From an uncultured Anaerolineaceae bacterium (GTDB lineage Bacteria; Chloroflexota; Anaerolineae; Anaerolineales; E44-bin32), in assembly GCA_964528155.1 (NCBI GenBank), contig CAZGRL010000006.1:26648-90647 (forward strand): a stretch of 64,000 nt of DNA, in the 5' to 3' direction. The notes beneath the pieces were generated by a model, which saw only the letters and a program-made list of their open reading frames with translations, searched no databases and was not told the origin of the DNA. The translations under genes were made by a program, and so were the position numbers. Shown here one piece after another: positions 18,040-28,181 of this stretch; the first letter of the stretch is position 1, and each line of letters starts with the position of its first letter.

Positions 18040-19595
18040 CGCGAGATGTACGTCTCGCGCGACCCGCATGGGCATGCCACGACGGTTTCCCCGTCCTTGA
18101 TGAGCAAACCCTGGTAGGCCCGCGTCCCCGCATGAGCGACCCAACCGCTTAGCTCGAACGGCAACGGTCCGTCAGCCAGGATCCACTCACCGTTGTACTT
18201 CCGGGCGAGGTGCACGTGAGTGCCGGTGGCGATGCCTCCTTCGCAGGAAGGATGGCCGATAAGATCGCCCGCCTCGACATGCTTGCCCGCCTCGATCCGA
18301 CCGACTGCAGCGATGTGCAGATAGAGCAGGTCCCATCCGGTTTGTTCGTTGCCGTCCCCGTCCAGATCGAGCACGACCACTCCATTGGCACTCCGAACGA
18401 TCAGCCCTGGTGCTGCAGCGACCGCCCAATCTTCGGATGTCTTGCACCCCGTCTCCGTGGTCGATGGGGCAAAGTCCAGGGCGGCCCAGGCCGCTTCCCT
18501 TTCCCATGCCCCGTGCGGCCCGCCGGTGAAGGCCCAGATATGGCCGGGCAGGAACGGAAGGATCATCTCCGGCTGTTTGATGCCAGGTTCAAACAGCGGA
18601 CTTTGGTAGGCCATAGGGTCGCCGAAGAGCGACTCGTATGTCGCCAGGAAACCATCCGGCCCGATGGCCTGCTCCCAGGCGCCGCGGGTCATGCGCTGGG
18701 CGAAGTACCATTGAAGCGCGACAGTGCCCGCGTTCAATTCTGGCGCGATGCGCAGACTTGAGCCGTCCTTGAAGTGCAAATCCGTCAGGGTCCCGGCGCG
18801 CCAGCCGTAGTAGCCATTCCCCAGTTCATTCGCCAACCAGGTCAACTGCCGATAGAGCCCGGGTATCTGAGGGTCGATCTGACCCATCGGGTAGTTGAAC
18901 GCATCCCCATCCGGGCGCTTCGGGTTGGTCAGCCAGCCGGATTGGTACTCCAGGAGGGCGATCAACAGGCGCGGGTTGACCGAATTGTCTCGGGCCGCCA
19001 GAGCCAAAACCTCAGGCCCGTATCGCCATTGGCCCTCGACCACGTTCTTGTACTCGTTCAGGAAACCGGGGTAGTCCGCCGCGAAAGCGACGGGATCGAA
19101 TGCAGATGCGGATGGCGAGAAGACAACTTCGCTGTCCGGGATCAGTTCATCCGGTGGGCTGGTCTGTGCCAGTCGGCGCGGCACGACGAGGATCTGCCCC
19201 GGGAGGAGCATGTCGGTTTCGCCGGGGAGGGCAGCGCCAGCTGAAGTGATGTCCGAAGGCAGGACGGCGAAATGGACAGCAACCGATCGCAACGTATCGC
19301 CCGACTGGGCCTTGTAGAGGATATTCTCCCCTGCAGAATTACCAGAGGATGTTGGAGTCGGGGGGATAGTGGGCGATGAAACCGGCTCCGGCGCATGAGG
19401 CGTCGGAGTATCAGTCGATGGCGGCTCCGATGTGCGGGTGGAATTGGCGGTTGGAGGAACTGCGGTCGCCAGGATCTCCGGTGGATCCGCTGTGATGGTG
19501 GCGAATTCGGTCGGTGCGGGCACGTCGGACCTGGCGCACGCCAGGATGGCCAGGAAAAGGCTTCCGATGAACAACAGGAACACACGGGAACGCAT
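18036..19595 (-). CDS. LysM + M23 metallopeptidase lipoprotein (paralog 2)
   Basis: Signal LFIGSLFLAILAC, P/T-rich linker, LysM (YKAQSGDTLRSVAVHF), NPRLLIALLEYQSGW, and GHPSCEGGIATGTHVHLARKYNGEWI. Confidence 0.88.
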   Translation of the reverse strand: MRSRVFLLFIGSLFLAILACARSDVPAPTEFATITADPPEILATAVPPTANSTRTSEPPSTDTPTPHAPEPVSSPTIPPTPTSSGNSAGENILYKAQSGDTLRSVAVHFAVLPSDITSAGAALPGETDMLLPGQILVVPRRLAQTSPPDELIPDSEVVFSPSASAFDPVAFAADYPGFLNEYKNVVEGQWRYGPEVLALAARDNSVNPRLLIALLEYQSGWLTNPKRPDGDAFNYPMGQIDPQIPGLYRQLTWLANELGNGYYGWRAGTLTDLHFKDGSSLRIAPELNAGTVALQWYFAQRMTRGAWEQAIGPDGFLATYESLFGDPMAYQSPLFEPGIKQPEMILPFLPGHIWAFTGGPHGAWEREAAWAALDFAPSTTETGCKTSEDWAVAAAPGLIVRSANGVVVLDLDGDGNEQTGWDLLYLHIAAVGRIEAGKHVEAGDLIGHPSCEGGIATGTHVHLARKYNGEWILADGPLPFELSGWVAHAGTRAYQGLLIKDGETVVACPCGSRETYISR

Positions 19596-19620
19596 GGTCG
19601 GTCACGTCCCCTTACCCGGA

Positions 19621-21411
19621 TCAACGCCAGATCTGGTTTTCATCATTGCGGCAAGAACACGCCTCTAGCGTGACACCGTCCCTACTCAGCGTTCCGTCGT
19701 ATTCATACTCGAGGCCGGCCGACACCCATCCGTCCAGAATGAACGGCAGATCGGCATCCGCCGGAATCCACTCGCCATTATACTTTCGCACCAGGTGGAC
19801 GTGCGTTCCGTTGGCGACGCCTCCCTCGCAGGACGGATGGCCGATCCGGTCTCCGGCTTTGACCTCATCCCCAACTTGAACGCGGCCCCTATCCTCGACG
19901 TGCATGTACAAGACGACCCACCCAGTCTGCTCGAACCCATCACTATCAAGATCTTCGATAACCTCACCATTGTCCGAGCGCAAGATCCTTCCATCGGCGA
20001 CGGCGACGATCCATTCATTGGACAACATGCAACCGAGGGCGTTGCCGGGAGGGGCGAAATCAAGGGCGGCCCAGGCCGATCCCTCACCCCACGCGCCGTG
20101 CGGCCCCCCGGTGAACGACCAGACCTTGCCAGGCTCGAACGGGAGCTGCATCGTCGGCTGCTCGATGTTCGGCGGGACGAGGGGCTCGACCGCCCTGTCG
20201 AATGGGTTGCCGAAAAGTTCCACATACGTCTGGAAGAAACCATCTTCCCCGACCATCCATCGCCAGTCACCTTCGTTCTCCAGCGAGGCGAACAGATTCT
20301 GGACGGCAGCCGTGCCGGCGTTGATCCCGGAGCCTGGAAGGATCGTCGTCCCGTCTGATAGGATGTAGGGGCCGGCCCAACCCGCCCGCCAGCGATAGAA
20401 ACCGGCGTTGAGTTGGTCGGCTGCCCACGAGAGCTGGGTGAACAAACCCTCGTACCCCGGACTATAGAAGCCCATCGGGTAAGTCTGCGTTGCCACAGGC
20501 GCTTCAGCCTGGCTGAGCCAACCGCTCTGGACCTCGAGCACGGCAAGCAGGAGGCGCGGGTCGACAGAGTACCGTTGGGAGACGAGCTGGACGAGCTCCG
20601 CGCCGCTCCGATCTTGACCCTCGACTTCCTCCACGTAGGTGCTAAGTGCCCCGCCGCCGTCAACCACGAATCCATTCAGATCGAACTGCACGCTCGACGG
20701 GCCGTAGACCAACTCCGAATCCGGGAGGATCTTGAAGCTCGGTCCAGGCTCGCGCGGAATGGGTGCCGGGATGAGCAGGACCTGGCCAACCGACAGAAGA
20801 TTCGGGTTGAGCAAGCCGTTGGCGGCGACGATTTGACTTGCACCGACACCGTAGCGCAGGGCGATCCCTCCGAGCGAATCGCCATAGCGAACGACGTATG
20901 TCTCGGATGCTTCTCGGGTGGCCGGAGGCTCACGGACAGGGTCCGCCGTGGGAGAGGCATAAGGCTGATCCGGGGAGCGCGTGGGTGGCAGAAGATCGAG
21001 GATCGAATCCGGGGTAGGAGTAACCGGAGGTGAGACGCTGATGTCGACCTGGCCCTGAGACTGGCCAACCCACGGCTCGATCACTTGCCGGGACGGCATC
21101 TGGGAACTCGCGGGGCCGCACGCGAAGCACGCCACGAGCAGGCCGACGAGGCCCCCGATCGGACGGACCCAAGGGGATAGACCAGATATCCTCCGGGCGC
21201 CTCGGAGGGAGAAGGCCAACCCGCTGGGAACCCACCCATGCTTCTCGTTCGGTGCGTTGCCTGTTGACGAGACTCTTGACATAAGGCTATCGACGGCCGA
21301 TTTCGGGGTGCGTTTGAGTGCATGATCCAGTCTCATCGGCTCAGTCATCCGCGCCCGTTTCGCCATTTGGGCCGGAAGGGCCCCGTCCCGCTGCAGTCCC
21401 CAATCATACAC
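19621..21411 (-). CDS. LysM + M23 metallopeptidase (paralog 3; start uncertain)
   Basis: TM/lipobox GLLVACFAC, LysM (YVVRYGDSLGGIALRY), DPRLLLAVLEVQSGW, and GHPSCEGGVANGTHVHLVRKYNGEWI. Several in-frame ATGs lie upstream of the TM segment. Confidence 0.8.
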   Translation of the reverse strand: MYDWGLQRDGALPAQMAKRARMTEPMRLDHALKRTPKSAVDSLMSRVSSTGNAPNEKHGWVPSGLAFSLRGARRISGLSPWVRPIGGLVGLLVACFACGPASSQMPSRQVIEPWVGQSQGQVDISVSPPVTPTPDSILDLLPPTRSPDQPYASPTADPVREPPATREASETYVVRYGDSLGGIALRYGVGASQIVAANGLLNPNLLSVGQVLLIPAPIPREPGPSFKILPDSELVYGPSSVQFDLNGFVVDGGGALSTYVEEVEGQDRSGAELVQLVSQRYSVDPRLLLAVLEVQSGWLSQAEAPVATQTYPMGFYSPGYEGLFTQLSWAADQLNAGFYRWRAGWAGPYILSDGTTILPGSGINAGTAAVQNLFASLENEGDWRWMVGEDGFFQTYVELFGNPFDRAVEPLVPPNIEQPTMQLPFEPGKVWSFTGGPHGAWGEGSAWAALDFAPPGNALGCMLSNEWIVAVADGRILRSDNGEVIEDLDSDGFEQTGWVVLYMHVEDRGRVQVGDEVKAGDRIGHPSCEGGVANGTHVHLVRKYNGEWIPADADLPFILDGWVSAGLEYEYDGTLSRDGVTLEACSCRNDENQIWR

Positions 21412-21619
21412 CTACAGGCAAACGCGAGGCCCTATGCCCGCCCGCGTGTCCGACCCGGCCTGGGCTCAGCCTGAGTCTCCCCGGGCGGCGAATTCGGGAG
21501 CATGAAGTGGGTTCAAGAAGTGTGCCAGGCGCCGGAGGGGCAAGGATCGAGGGCTTGAAAATCAAGCGGACACAAGGGAGAGAGCTTCGGTGGCAGGCGG
21601 AGAGTTGTGCAGGGCGAGC

Positions 21620-22114
21620 CTACTCCAACAGGACCTTCTCCAGCAACCACGATGGCTCGACCACATGCTGCATCTTCCCACGGTCATCGACGAATGACCA
21701 CTCACCGCCTTCTTCGGCGAAGAGGGAGTACCCCAACCGCTCATACATTTGACGGGCGCGAGGATTGTCCCTGGCGACGGCGATCATCGTTCGTCTGAAC
21801 CCGAGCCTGGCAAGGGCCGATTCGGCCTCGATGATCAGACGCGTCCCAATCCCACGGTTGCGCCATTCGGGTCGAACGCGGAAAGCGTAGAGATAGCCAG
21901 TGCCGGCCGAATCGGCTCGATTGAGCTGGACAATGATCTGGCCGATGATCCGGCCGGCGACTTCAGCAACCAGCACGAAACGTCTGCCGGCCTTGGTTTC
22001 GTCCATCGCCATCCTGTACAGCCGGCGGTAGCGACGGTATTCACCCTCCCACTCCATCCCCGGAAGATCACGCTCGGTTCCGTTTCGGATGACGACATCA
22101 ACGGTTTCAACCAC
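21620..22114 (-). CDS. GNAT family N-acetyltransferase
   Basis: 164 aa. Acetyl-CoA motif FRVRPEWRNRGIGTRLI. Its start overlaps the upstream gene's stop by 8 nt. Confidence 0.8.
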   Translation of the reverse strand: MVETVDVVIRNGTERDLPGMEWEGEYRRYRRLYRMAMDETKAGRRFVLVAEVAGRIIGQIIVQLNRADSAGTGYLYAFRVRPEWRNRGIGTRLIIEAESALARLGFRRTMIAVARDNPRARQMYERLGYSLFAEEGGEWSFVDDRGKMQHVVEPSWLLEKVLLE

Positions 22115-24737
22115 CGGATTCGGTCTCTTCCATCAATTGGCGCAAGAGCTCCTGCTCGTCGCCATCACTCTGGATTTCACCATCCAGCCGGGCGTCGCGA
22201 AGCCTCCCGAGAATGTCGCCGTAGACCGGTCCGGGCGCCAATCCCAACTCGCGCAGGACCAGGCCGTCGACAGCCGGCGAGATCCAACGCCACTCAGAGA
22301 GGTAGGTCGCCAGACGGCTTTGGACCTCCGTGCGGTCCTTGGCCGCCAGCCAGGCTGCCACGATCGCCATCTCGTGCATCTTGTCCAGCATACCCGAGAT
22401 CAGGCTGGGAGCCTCCCGGCCGGTCCAATCCCCCGCACGCCGCGCGACGCTGTTCGCCTCGAGAACGACATCGCGCCGGCCGGCGGGGAAATGCAGCCGG
22501 TTGAGAACCTCGCCTGCATCCTCGGCGGTGAGTCGAATGAGCAAGAGCGCATATCGTAGGAGGTCTCGATCCGGACGGCCATGCAGCCTCCAGCCCTCCG
22601 GCGCCTCAAGAACCGACGCCGCGTGAAATCGATCCGCCAGCCACTCGTCCCAGGCCACGGATTCGTGAATTGCCTTCAGAAGGCCGAGTTCTTGCAGGCG
22701 GGCCATGGTGGCCGTGCTTCTCGGCTCGCTGAAGATGAGGTCGAGTTCGTTACGGATGCGCTCACCACTGACGCGATCCAGAAGCGGTAGGGCTTGATGC
22801 ATGAGTTCCAGCGTGCGTTCTTCGATCGCAAACCCGAGCCTCTGCTCCAGACGGACGGCGCGCAGCATCCTGGTGGGATCATCGACAAAACTGAGAGAAT
22901 GAAGCACGCGGATCTTGCGCTCATGCAGGTCACGTCCCCCGCCCCAATGATCGATCAACTGACCGTAGTGATGTCCATCGAGACGCAACGCCATCGTGTT
23001 GATCGTGAAATCCCGTCTGTGCAGATCGAGCTTGATACTGCCCGGCTCCACGGATGGGAGGGCCGTAGGATGCGCGTAGAACTCCGTGCGGGCTGAAACG
23101 AAATCCAGCGTAGCGGGAACGTCCGTCGATACCGATCCGTTGACCTGGAGCGCCTCGATGAGTCGCGGCTCACTCGGGTCCAGCCGCCATTTCGCCGTTT
23201 TGAAGCGGCTGTGACTGCTCACCCTGCCGCCGTAACGATCCACCAGAAGACGGGCAAGACCAATGGCGTTGCCCTCGACGACCAAATCAAAGTCTGTACC
23301 CGGGGCGCCCAGGATCAGGTCCCGGACGAACCCCCCGACGATATAGAGCGCGTCTTTGTGCTCTTCCGCGGCTGTGGCGACCAGGCGCAGCAGACGCAGA
23401 CGGGAAGGCGACAGGGCTTGCTCCAGCTTGTCCGCCAGCCTTCCGCCGTCCGCTCTCGTCCGCTCTGATCCGAGAGTCTTGATCAGATCCGTGCGGGTGA
23501 CGATCCCGATGATCAGCCCCGTCGCCGGGTCCACGACGGGGACCTGGCCCCAGTCGAATTGGATCATCATCCGCTGAAGATGCTGGATGGAATCGTCCGG
23601 GCTGACGACCAGGCTGCCGGCGTCCATGATGGTGCCGACGTGTTCGTCGCTCATCCCGTGTGCGATCGCCCGATCGACCGCCCGGCGCGTCAGCAGTCCC
23701 ACTACTTGGCCCCCATCCACGACCGGATATCCCTCATGTCCGAAGCGCTGCATACGCTGGAGCGCCTCCGAGATCGGCACATCTCGAGTGAGCAATTGCG
23801 GGTCGCGCGACATGATCTCTTCGACGGTCGTTGCCGGCCGGACGATGGAGGGCAAGAGCGCCAGGAGTTCGTCTCGGACGGCTTGTCCGGAGCGACCGCG
23901 GATAAGTGCCGCGGCGGCGCGCCCATGTCCACCGCCGCCGAAGTGCTCGGCCACCCGGGCGACATCCAGCGCATCCGTCGTCGATCGAGCAACCAACTGA
24001 ACTCTTCCGTCCAGATCAACCAGGACGAACAGCCCCTCTGGATCAAAGAGATCCCGCAGTTTGTGAGCCAGGGTCGAAATCTCGTCGTCCATTCCCTCTG
24101 CAGCGGCACCGGCGACGATGATCGAGAGTCCTTCGACCTCGTGCACCTCAGACCCTTCCAGCAGTCGATCGTACAACCGACGTTGATCCGCCGAAAGCGG
24201 ATGGTTCAGGAAGTCGGCGGCGACCGTCAGACTTGCTCCGCTTTCGAGGAGCCATGCGCAGGCGCGCACATCACGCGGCCCGGTGCCAGCATATGACAAT
24301 GAACCGGTGTCCTCGTAGATACCGAGCAGCAGGAGCGTTGCCGCCACGCTATCGGGTTTCTGGCCGGCCTCCTGCAGGGCTTCAACCAGGATGGTCGTCG
24401 TTGCTCCAACGTCATCGACGGTCACCATCCATTCAGGATCGAGACCGGACATCCGAGGGTGGTGATCGATCACATGCACCTTGAGACTGGGGGAGAGCCT
24501 CTTGAGAGAGGCGAGCGTTTGCGTGTCAACGAGCGTGATCTCATCGATCTCCTGGCGAGGTAGATCATCGAAATCGATGAACGGCAGATCGTCGCCATAC
24601 AGAGTCAGGTAGGCGCGCACGTTCCGATTCACCCTGCGCGGAAGGACGATCAAGGCCGACGGATTTCGCAGGAAAACCCCAAGAGCAGAGGCAACGGCGT
24701 CGAAGTCGGCCTGCTCGTGGGTGAGGATCAGGTGCAT
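22107..24737 (-). CDS. DHH-DHHA1 / CBS pair / CCA-adding (poly(A) polymerase family) nucleotidyltransferase fusion
   Basis: N-terminus has THEQADFDAVAS, VIDHHP and GGGGHGRAAAA. Then come two CBS modules, then YIVGGFVRDLILGAPGTDFDLVVEG and RDFTINTMA. ATG 24737 is preceded by GGAG. Confidence 0.8.
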   Translation of the reverse strand: MHLILTHEQADFDAVASALGVFLRNPSALIVLPRRVNRNVRAYLTLYGDDLPFIDFDDLPRQEIDEITLVDTQTLASLKRLSPSLKVHVIDHHPRMSGLDPEWMVTVDDVGATTTILVEALQEAGQKPDSVAATLLLLGIYEDTGSLSYAGTGPRDVRACAWLLESGASLTVAADFLNHPLSADQRRLYDRLLEGSEVHEVEGLSIIVAGAAAEGMDDEISTLAHKLRDLFDPEGLFVLVDLDGRVQLVARSTTDALDVARVAEHFGGGGHGRAAAALIRGRSGQAVRDELLALLPSIVRPATTVEEIMSRDPQLLTRDVPISEALQRMQRFGHEGYPVVDGGQVVGLLTRRAVDRAIAHGMSDEHVGTIMDAGSLVVSPDDSIQHLQRMMIQFDWGQVPVVDPATGLIIGIVTRTDLIKTLGSERTRADGGRLADKLEQALSPSRLRLLRLVATAAEEHKDALYIVGGFVRDLILGAPGTDFDLVVEGNAIGLARLLVDRYGGRVSSHSRFKTAKWRLDPSEPRLIEALQVNGSVSTDVPATLDFVSARTEFYAHPTALPSVEPGSIKLDLHRRDFTINTMALRLDGHHYGQLIDHWGGGRDLHERKIRVLHSLSFVDDPTRMLRAVRLEQRLGFAIEERTLELMHQALPLLDRVSGERIRNELDLIFSEPRSTATMARLQELGLLKAIHESVAWDEWLADRFHAASVLEAPEGWRLHGRPDRDLLRYALLLIRLTAEDAGEVLNRLHFPAGRRDVVLEANSVARRAGDWTGREAPSLISGMLDKMHEMAIVAAWLAAKDRTEVQSRLATYLSEWRWISPAVDGLVLRELGLAPGPVYGDILGRLRDARLDGEIQSDGDEQELLRQLMEETESGG

Positions 24738-24935
24738 ATCACTCCGTTCGAATGCCGAACATCTCCCGGTCACGCCGGATCGATGGCGGTCGAGGCGGAT
24801 TATACATCGTGGGCCAGGCCGGGCGGCGCGGAAGCGCGGGCATGCCAAATCCGGCGGCTCAGAATCACGCCTGGGGCCCCTGATCGCAGATCGACGTCAG
24901 AGGTAGGCAGTCCGAGCGATCTTCAGACAGATTGG

Positions 24936-26342
24936 CTACAACGGTGCGTGGAGGAGAGCGCCCCCAAAGGGCGGAAGTTTCACCTCGAGGATGCCGTCCT
25001 GCAACCCTACCTCCCGCTCCCTGACAGCTTCGACGAGCACAGGACCTACTTCGAAACTGTGGTCAGCCGGGCGAAGACGGAAAATCTGTGTGGCTCTCGT
25101 TGTGTTGGCAACAACGATCACCGGCTTGTGGTCAATGACGCGGGCGAATGCGCTTATCCCCGCCTGGTCGTCATCTCCAAGCAGGCGACATTCACCCCGG
25201 CTGAGCTGTGGCAGCCGACGTCGTAGACCGGCCAACTTCTGAACCAGGCCTCGCGTCTTCTTATCCCATTTGCTTTCATCCCAAGGGAACGCTGCTCTCG
25301 AGGCAGGGTCCTTGCCGCCTTCAAGCCCGATCTCATCCCCATAGTACACGCACGGAGCACCAGGATAGGCAAACTGAATCAGCGTGACCAGCCGGGTTTT
25401 CGCTGCTGATCGCCCGAGGAGCGTCCGGATCCTCTCGGTATCATGCGTCCCGATCGGCACCAGATGGGCCAGGTTGTTCTCCATGGGGTAAGCGTTCAAG
25501 ATCCCGGCCAGGCGGCCGGGGAATCCGGCGGCGGCCTCAGGGCTGCCGTTCATAAGGTCAAGCAGTGCCGCCCGAAACGGGTAATTCATCAGGCCATCGA
25601 AATGGCCCGGGCTGACCCAGCGCGGGTTTACGTCCCAGATTTCGCCGACCAGATACGCCTCTGGATTGACATCCTTTACGACATATTCAAACTCTGCCCA
25701 GAAGGAATCATCGTCGATCTCATTCGGGACATCGAGGCGCCAACCATCGCAACCCTGTTCGATCCAGAATGCAGCGACACGCAGAAGATACTTCCTGACA
25801 TCCGGATTATCCATATTGAACTTCGGCAGGCTCTTGAGGTTCCACCAACCCAGGTAGTTCCGGGCCGTTCCATCGCCGTAGGCCTGGAGCGGGAATTTGC
25901 GTACGTGGAACCAGTCCAGATAGGGCGAGTGCTGCTCATTCTCCAGGAGATCGTTGAAGGCGAAGAAACCGCGGCCGCAGTGGTTGAAGACACCGTCGAG
26001 GATCACGCGCATCCCCCGCCTGTGGGCGTCGGTGAGGAGCTGTTGGAAGTCACTCATGTCTCCCAGCTTCGAATCGATACGGAAATAGTCCGTTGTGTTG
26101 TAGCGGTGGTTCGAGGTCGCTTCGAAGATGGGATTCAAGTACAGAGCATTGACGCCAAGATCTTGAATGTAATCGAGGTGCTGAATGATCCCTTGGATGT
26201 CACCACCCTGGAAACCCCATTTCGTCGGAGCTGAGCCCCACGACTGAACATTCACAGGATCGTTGGAAGGATTGCCGTTGGCGAATCGATCAGGGAAGAT
26301 CTGATAGAAGACCGAGTCTTGAACCCACGCCGGTACTCCCAT
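24936..26342 (-). CDS. GH13 alpha-amylase family glycoside hydrolase (neopullulanase/cyclomaltodextrinase-like)
   Basis: VFYQIFPDRFANG, GVNALYLNPIF, DGVFNHCG, GWRLDVPNE, GEIWD and THDTERI. Start taken at ATG 26342 (MGVPAWVQDSVFYQ). Confidence 0.88.
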   Translation of the reverse strand: MGVPAWVQDSVFYQIFPDRFANGNPSNDPVNVQSWGSAPTKWGFQGGDIQGIIQHLDYIQDLGVNALYLNPIFEATSNHRYNTTDYFRIDSKLGDMSDFQQLLTDAHRRGMRVILDGVFNHCGRGFFAFNDLLENEQHSPYLDWFHVRKFPLQAYGDGTARNYLGWWNLKSLPKFNMDNPDVRKYLLRVAAFWIEQGCDGWRLDVPNEIDDDSFWAEFEYVVKDVNPEAYLVGEIWDVNPRWVSPGHFDGLMNYPFRAALLDLMNGSPEAAAGFPGRLAGILNAYPMENNLAHLVPIGTHDTERIRTLLGRSAAKTRLVTLIQFAYPGAPCVYYGDEIGLEGGKDPASRAAFPWDESKWDKKTRGLVQKLAGLRRRLPQLSRGECRLLGDDDQAGISAFARVIDHKPVIVVANTTRATQIFRLRPADHSFEVGPVLVEAVREREVGLQDGILEVKLPPFGGALLHAPL

Positions 26343-26508
26343 GTTCAACACCTTCCTGAGTGCAGAAGCCGCCAGGACCAAGAGTTCGAGGCCGCCTTGC
26401 CTCCCCTGACGGCAAGGGAACCGGCCGAGTCTACCACGCCGGATGGAACGCGGAAGCATCATAGCCCAGCCTGGGGCCGTATCACACAGCACGGATATAA
26501 TCCCGTGT

Positions 26509-27336
26509 GTGTCTCAAGATGATTCCCGTTGGCGCTTGATTATCTCGCCCCCGGCCGAAGGCGTTGCCAATATGGCGACGGATGAGGCAATCCTCGAGTC
26601 AGTCGCGGCCGGAGCTGAGCGACCCACGCTGCGGTTGTACGCATGGGAGCCTGCGTGTCTATCGATCGGATACGCTCAGCCCGTGTCCGAGGCGGATGAG
26701 GCACGCCTGGCCGAGAAGGGGTGGTCCCTGGTTCGGCGGCCAACGGGTGGGCGGGCCATTCTTCACACCGACGAGCTAACCTACGCGGTCGTCGCTCCCG
26801 CCTCGAACCCTCACCTTGAAGGCGGTGTCCTGGCCAGCTACCAGCACCTGAGCCAGGGTCTGCTCATCGCCCTGCAACGTCTCGGGCTCGAGCCCGAGAC
26901 GCGAGACGCCGAGCCCATCCCCGAGGAGCAACGCGCAGATCCGGTGTGCTTCGAGGTGCCCAGCGCCTATGAGATCACCGTCAGGGAGAAGAAGCTGATC
27001 GGCAGCGCCCAACTCCGCCGTCAGGGTGGCGTGCTCCAACATGGATCTCTGCCGCTCACGGGCGACATCGGCCGCATTTGCCTCGTGTTGCGCTTCCCGA
27101 ACGAAATGGACCGTCAAGCGCGCATCGACCGACTACGCATGAGAGCATCTACTGTCGCAGATATGCTCGGCCGCAGTGTATCGTGGGAAGAGGCAGCCAG
27201 CGCGATTCGCGCCGGTTTCACCGAGGGGCTTGGGCTGGATTTCGATGAGGATTCTCTCAGCCTGGATGAGATCCGGCGGGCTGACCAGCTGGCCCGGGAG
27301 CGCTACGCCCGACCGGATTGGACCCGCCGAGTATGA
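26509..27336 (+). CDS. Lipoate-protein ligase / octanoyltransferase family protein
   Basis: MATDEAILESV, RRPTGGRAILHTDELTY and KLIGSAQLRR. The start is uncertain: GTG 26509 is my choice, while the track starts at 26443. Confidence 0.75.
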   Translation: MSQDDSRWRLIISPPAEGVANMATDEAILESVAAGAERPTLRLYAWEPACLSIGYAQPVSEADEARLAEKGWSLVRRPTGGRAILHTDELTYAVVAPASNPHLEGGVLASYQHLSQGLLIALQRLGLEPETRDAEPIPEEQRADPVCFEVPSAYEITVREKKLIGSAQLRRQGGVLQHGSLPLTGDIGRICLVLRFPNEMDRQARIDRLRMRASTVADMLGRSVSWEEAASAIRAGFTEGLGLDFDEDSLSLDEIRRADQLARERYARPDWTRRV

Positions 27337-27370
27337 GCGGTTGACGGTTGCCTCATCCCGCAAGCCGAGG

Positions 27371-28084
27371 CTATCCTTCGTCGTCCAGTAGGGGGATCGG
27401 GCTTGGTGTGAGCTGCGGGGAGGAACTCGTTTCGGCCGGGACGAAGATCACATCGTCGAACTCGAGCGTGCGCAGCAGACGATACAGGTAGTTCTCAGCA
27501 TTGAGCCTGGCCTGATCGAGGATGCCATCCTCGAGTGCGGCCTGCCTGATCTCGTCTTCGGCCGATCGGCGAACGGTCGCTTCGAGGTTGAGGTCGCCGT
27601 GGGTGAAGAGGCCGGTATCTCGATCGTAGACATAGGACTTGTCGTTGTCGAGTGTGGCCACGAAGATCTCAGCCTCGGGAAGGCGCAGGTACACCCGGCC
27701 CTGCTCATCGATCCACACATCCTCGGGCCCGATCTTCCCCAGATCGACTCCGGCGATCACCACTCCATGAGCGACGAAGAGCAGCCGGTCGCCGAACAGG
27801 AATTCGAGCGCCCCTTGGTTGACCTCTCCGGTGAGGATCTTCTCGACGCTGAACTGAATGGTCTCGAGACGCGCTAGAGCACGGACTTCGCGCACGATCG
27901 TGACCGGATCGGGGCGAACGGTAGGTGTTGGATGCAGCAGCTCAGAAACCTGCGTTCCGACCGCCGCGGACATCCCGGCAATCGGCTCGGTTGAGCGTCT
28001 GACAGATTGGGTCACGGCAAAGGCCGCTAGCCCGAAGACAGCCAGCAGGCCTACCACCAGAACCCAGCCCATTCCTTTGGACAT
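27371..28084 (-). CDS. Membrane-anchored DUF4230-like protein
   Basis: N-terminal TM segment (WVLVVGLLAVFGLAAFAV). The pattern LETIQFSVEKIL...GVVIAGVDLGKI...LRLPEAEIF...SYVYDRDTG is recalled as DUF4230. Assigned from memory, not searched. Confidence 0.55.
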   Translation of the reverse strand: MSKGMGWVLVVGLLAVFGLAAFAVTQSVRRSTEPIAGMSAAVGTQVSELLHPTPTVRPDPVTIVREVRALARLETIQFSVEKILTGEVNQGALEFLFGDRLLFVAHGVVIAGVDLGKIGPEDVWIDEQGRVYLRLPEAEIFVATLDNDKSYVYDRDTGLFTHGDLNLEATVRRSAEDEIRQAALEDGILDQARLNAENYLYRLLRTLEFDDVIFVPAETSSSPQLTPSPIPLLDDEG

Positions 28085-28181
28085 GCTGCGATTATAGCAG
28101 GGGGCGAGGCCTGGGGGAATTCATTCGTCCGGCGCTCTCCTTCGGCTTGCCCGACATCTGTAGAGTGACTAGACTCGAGGT

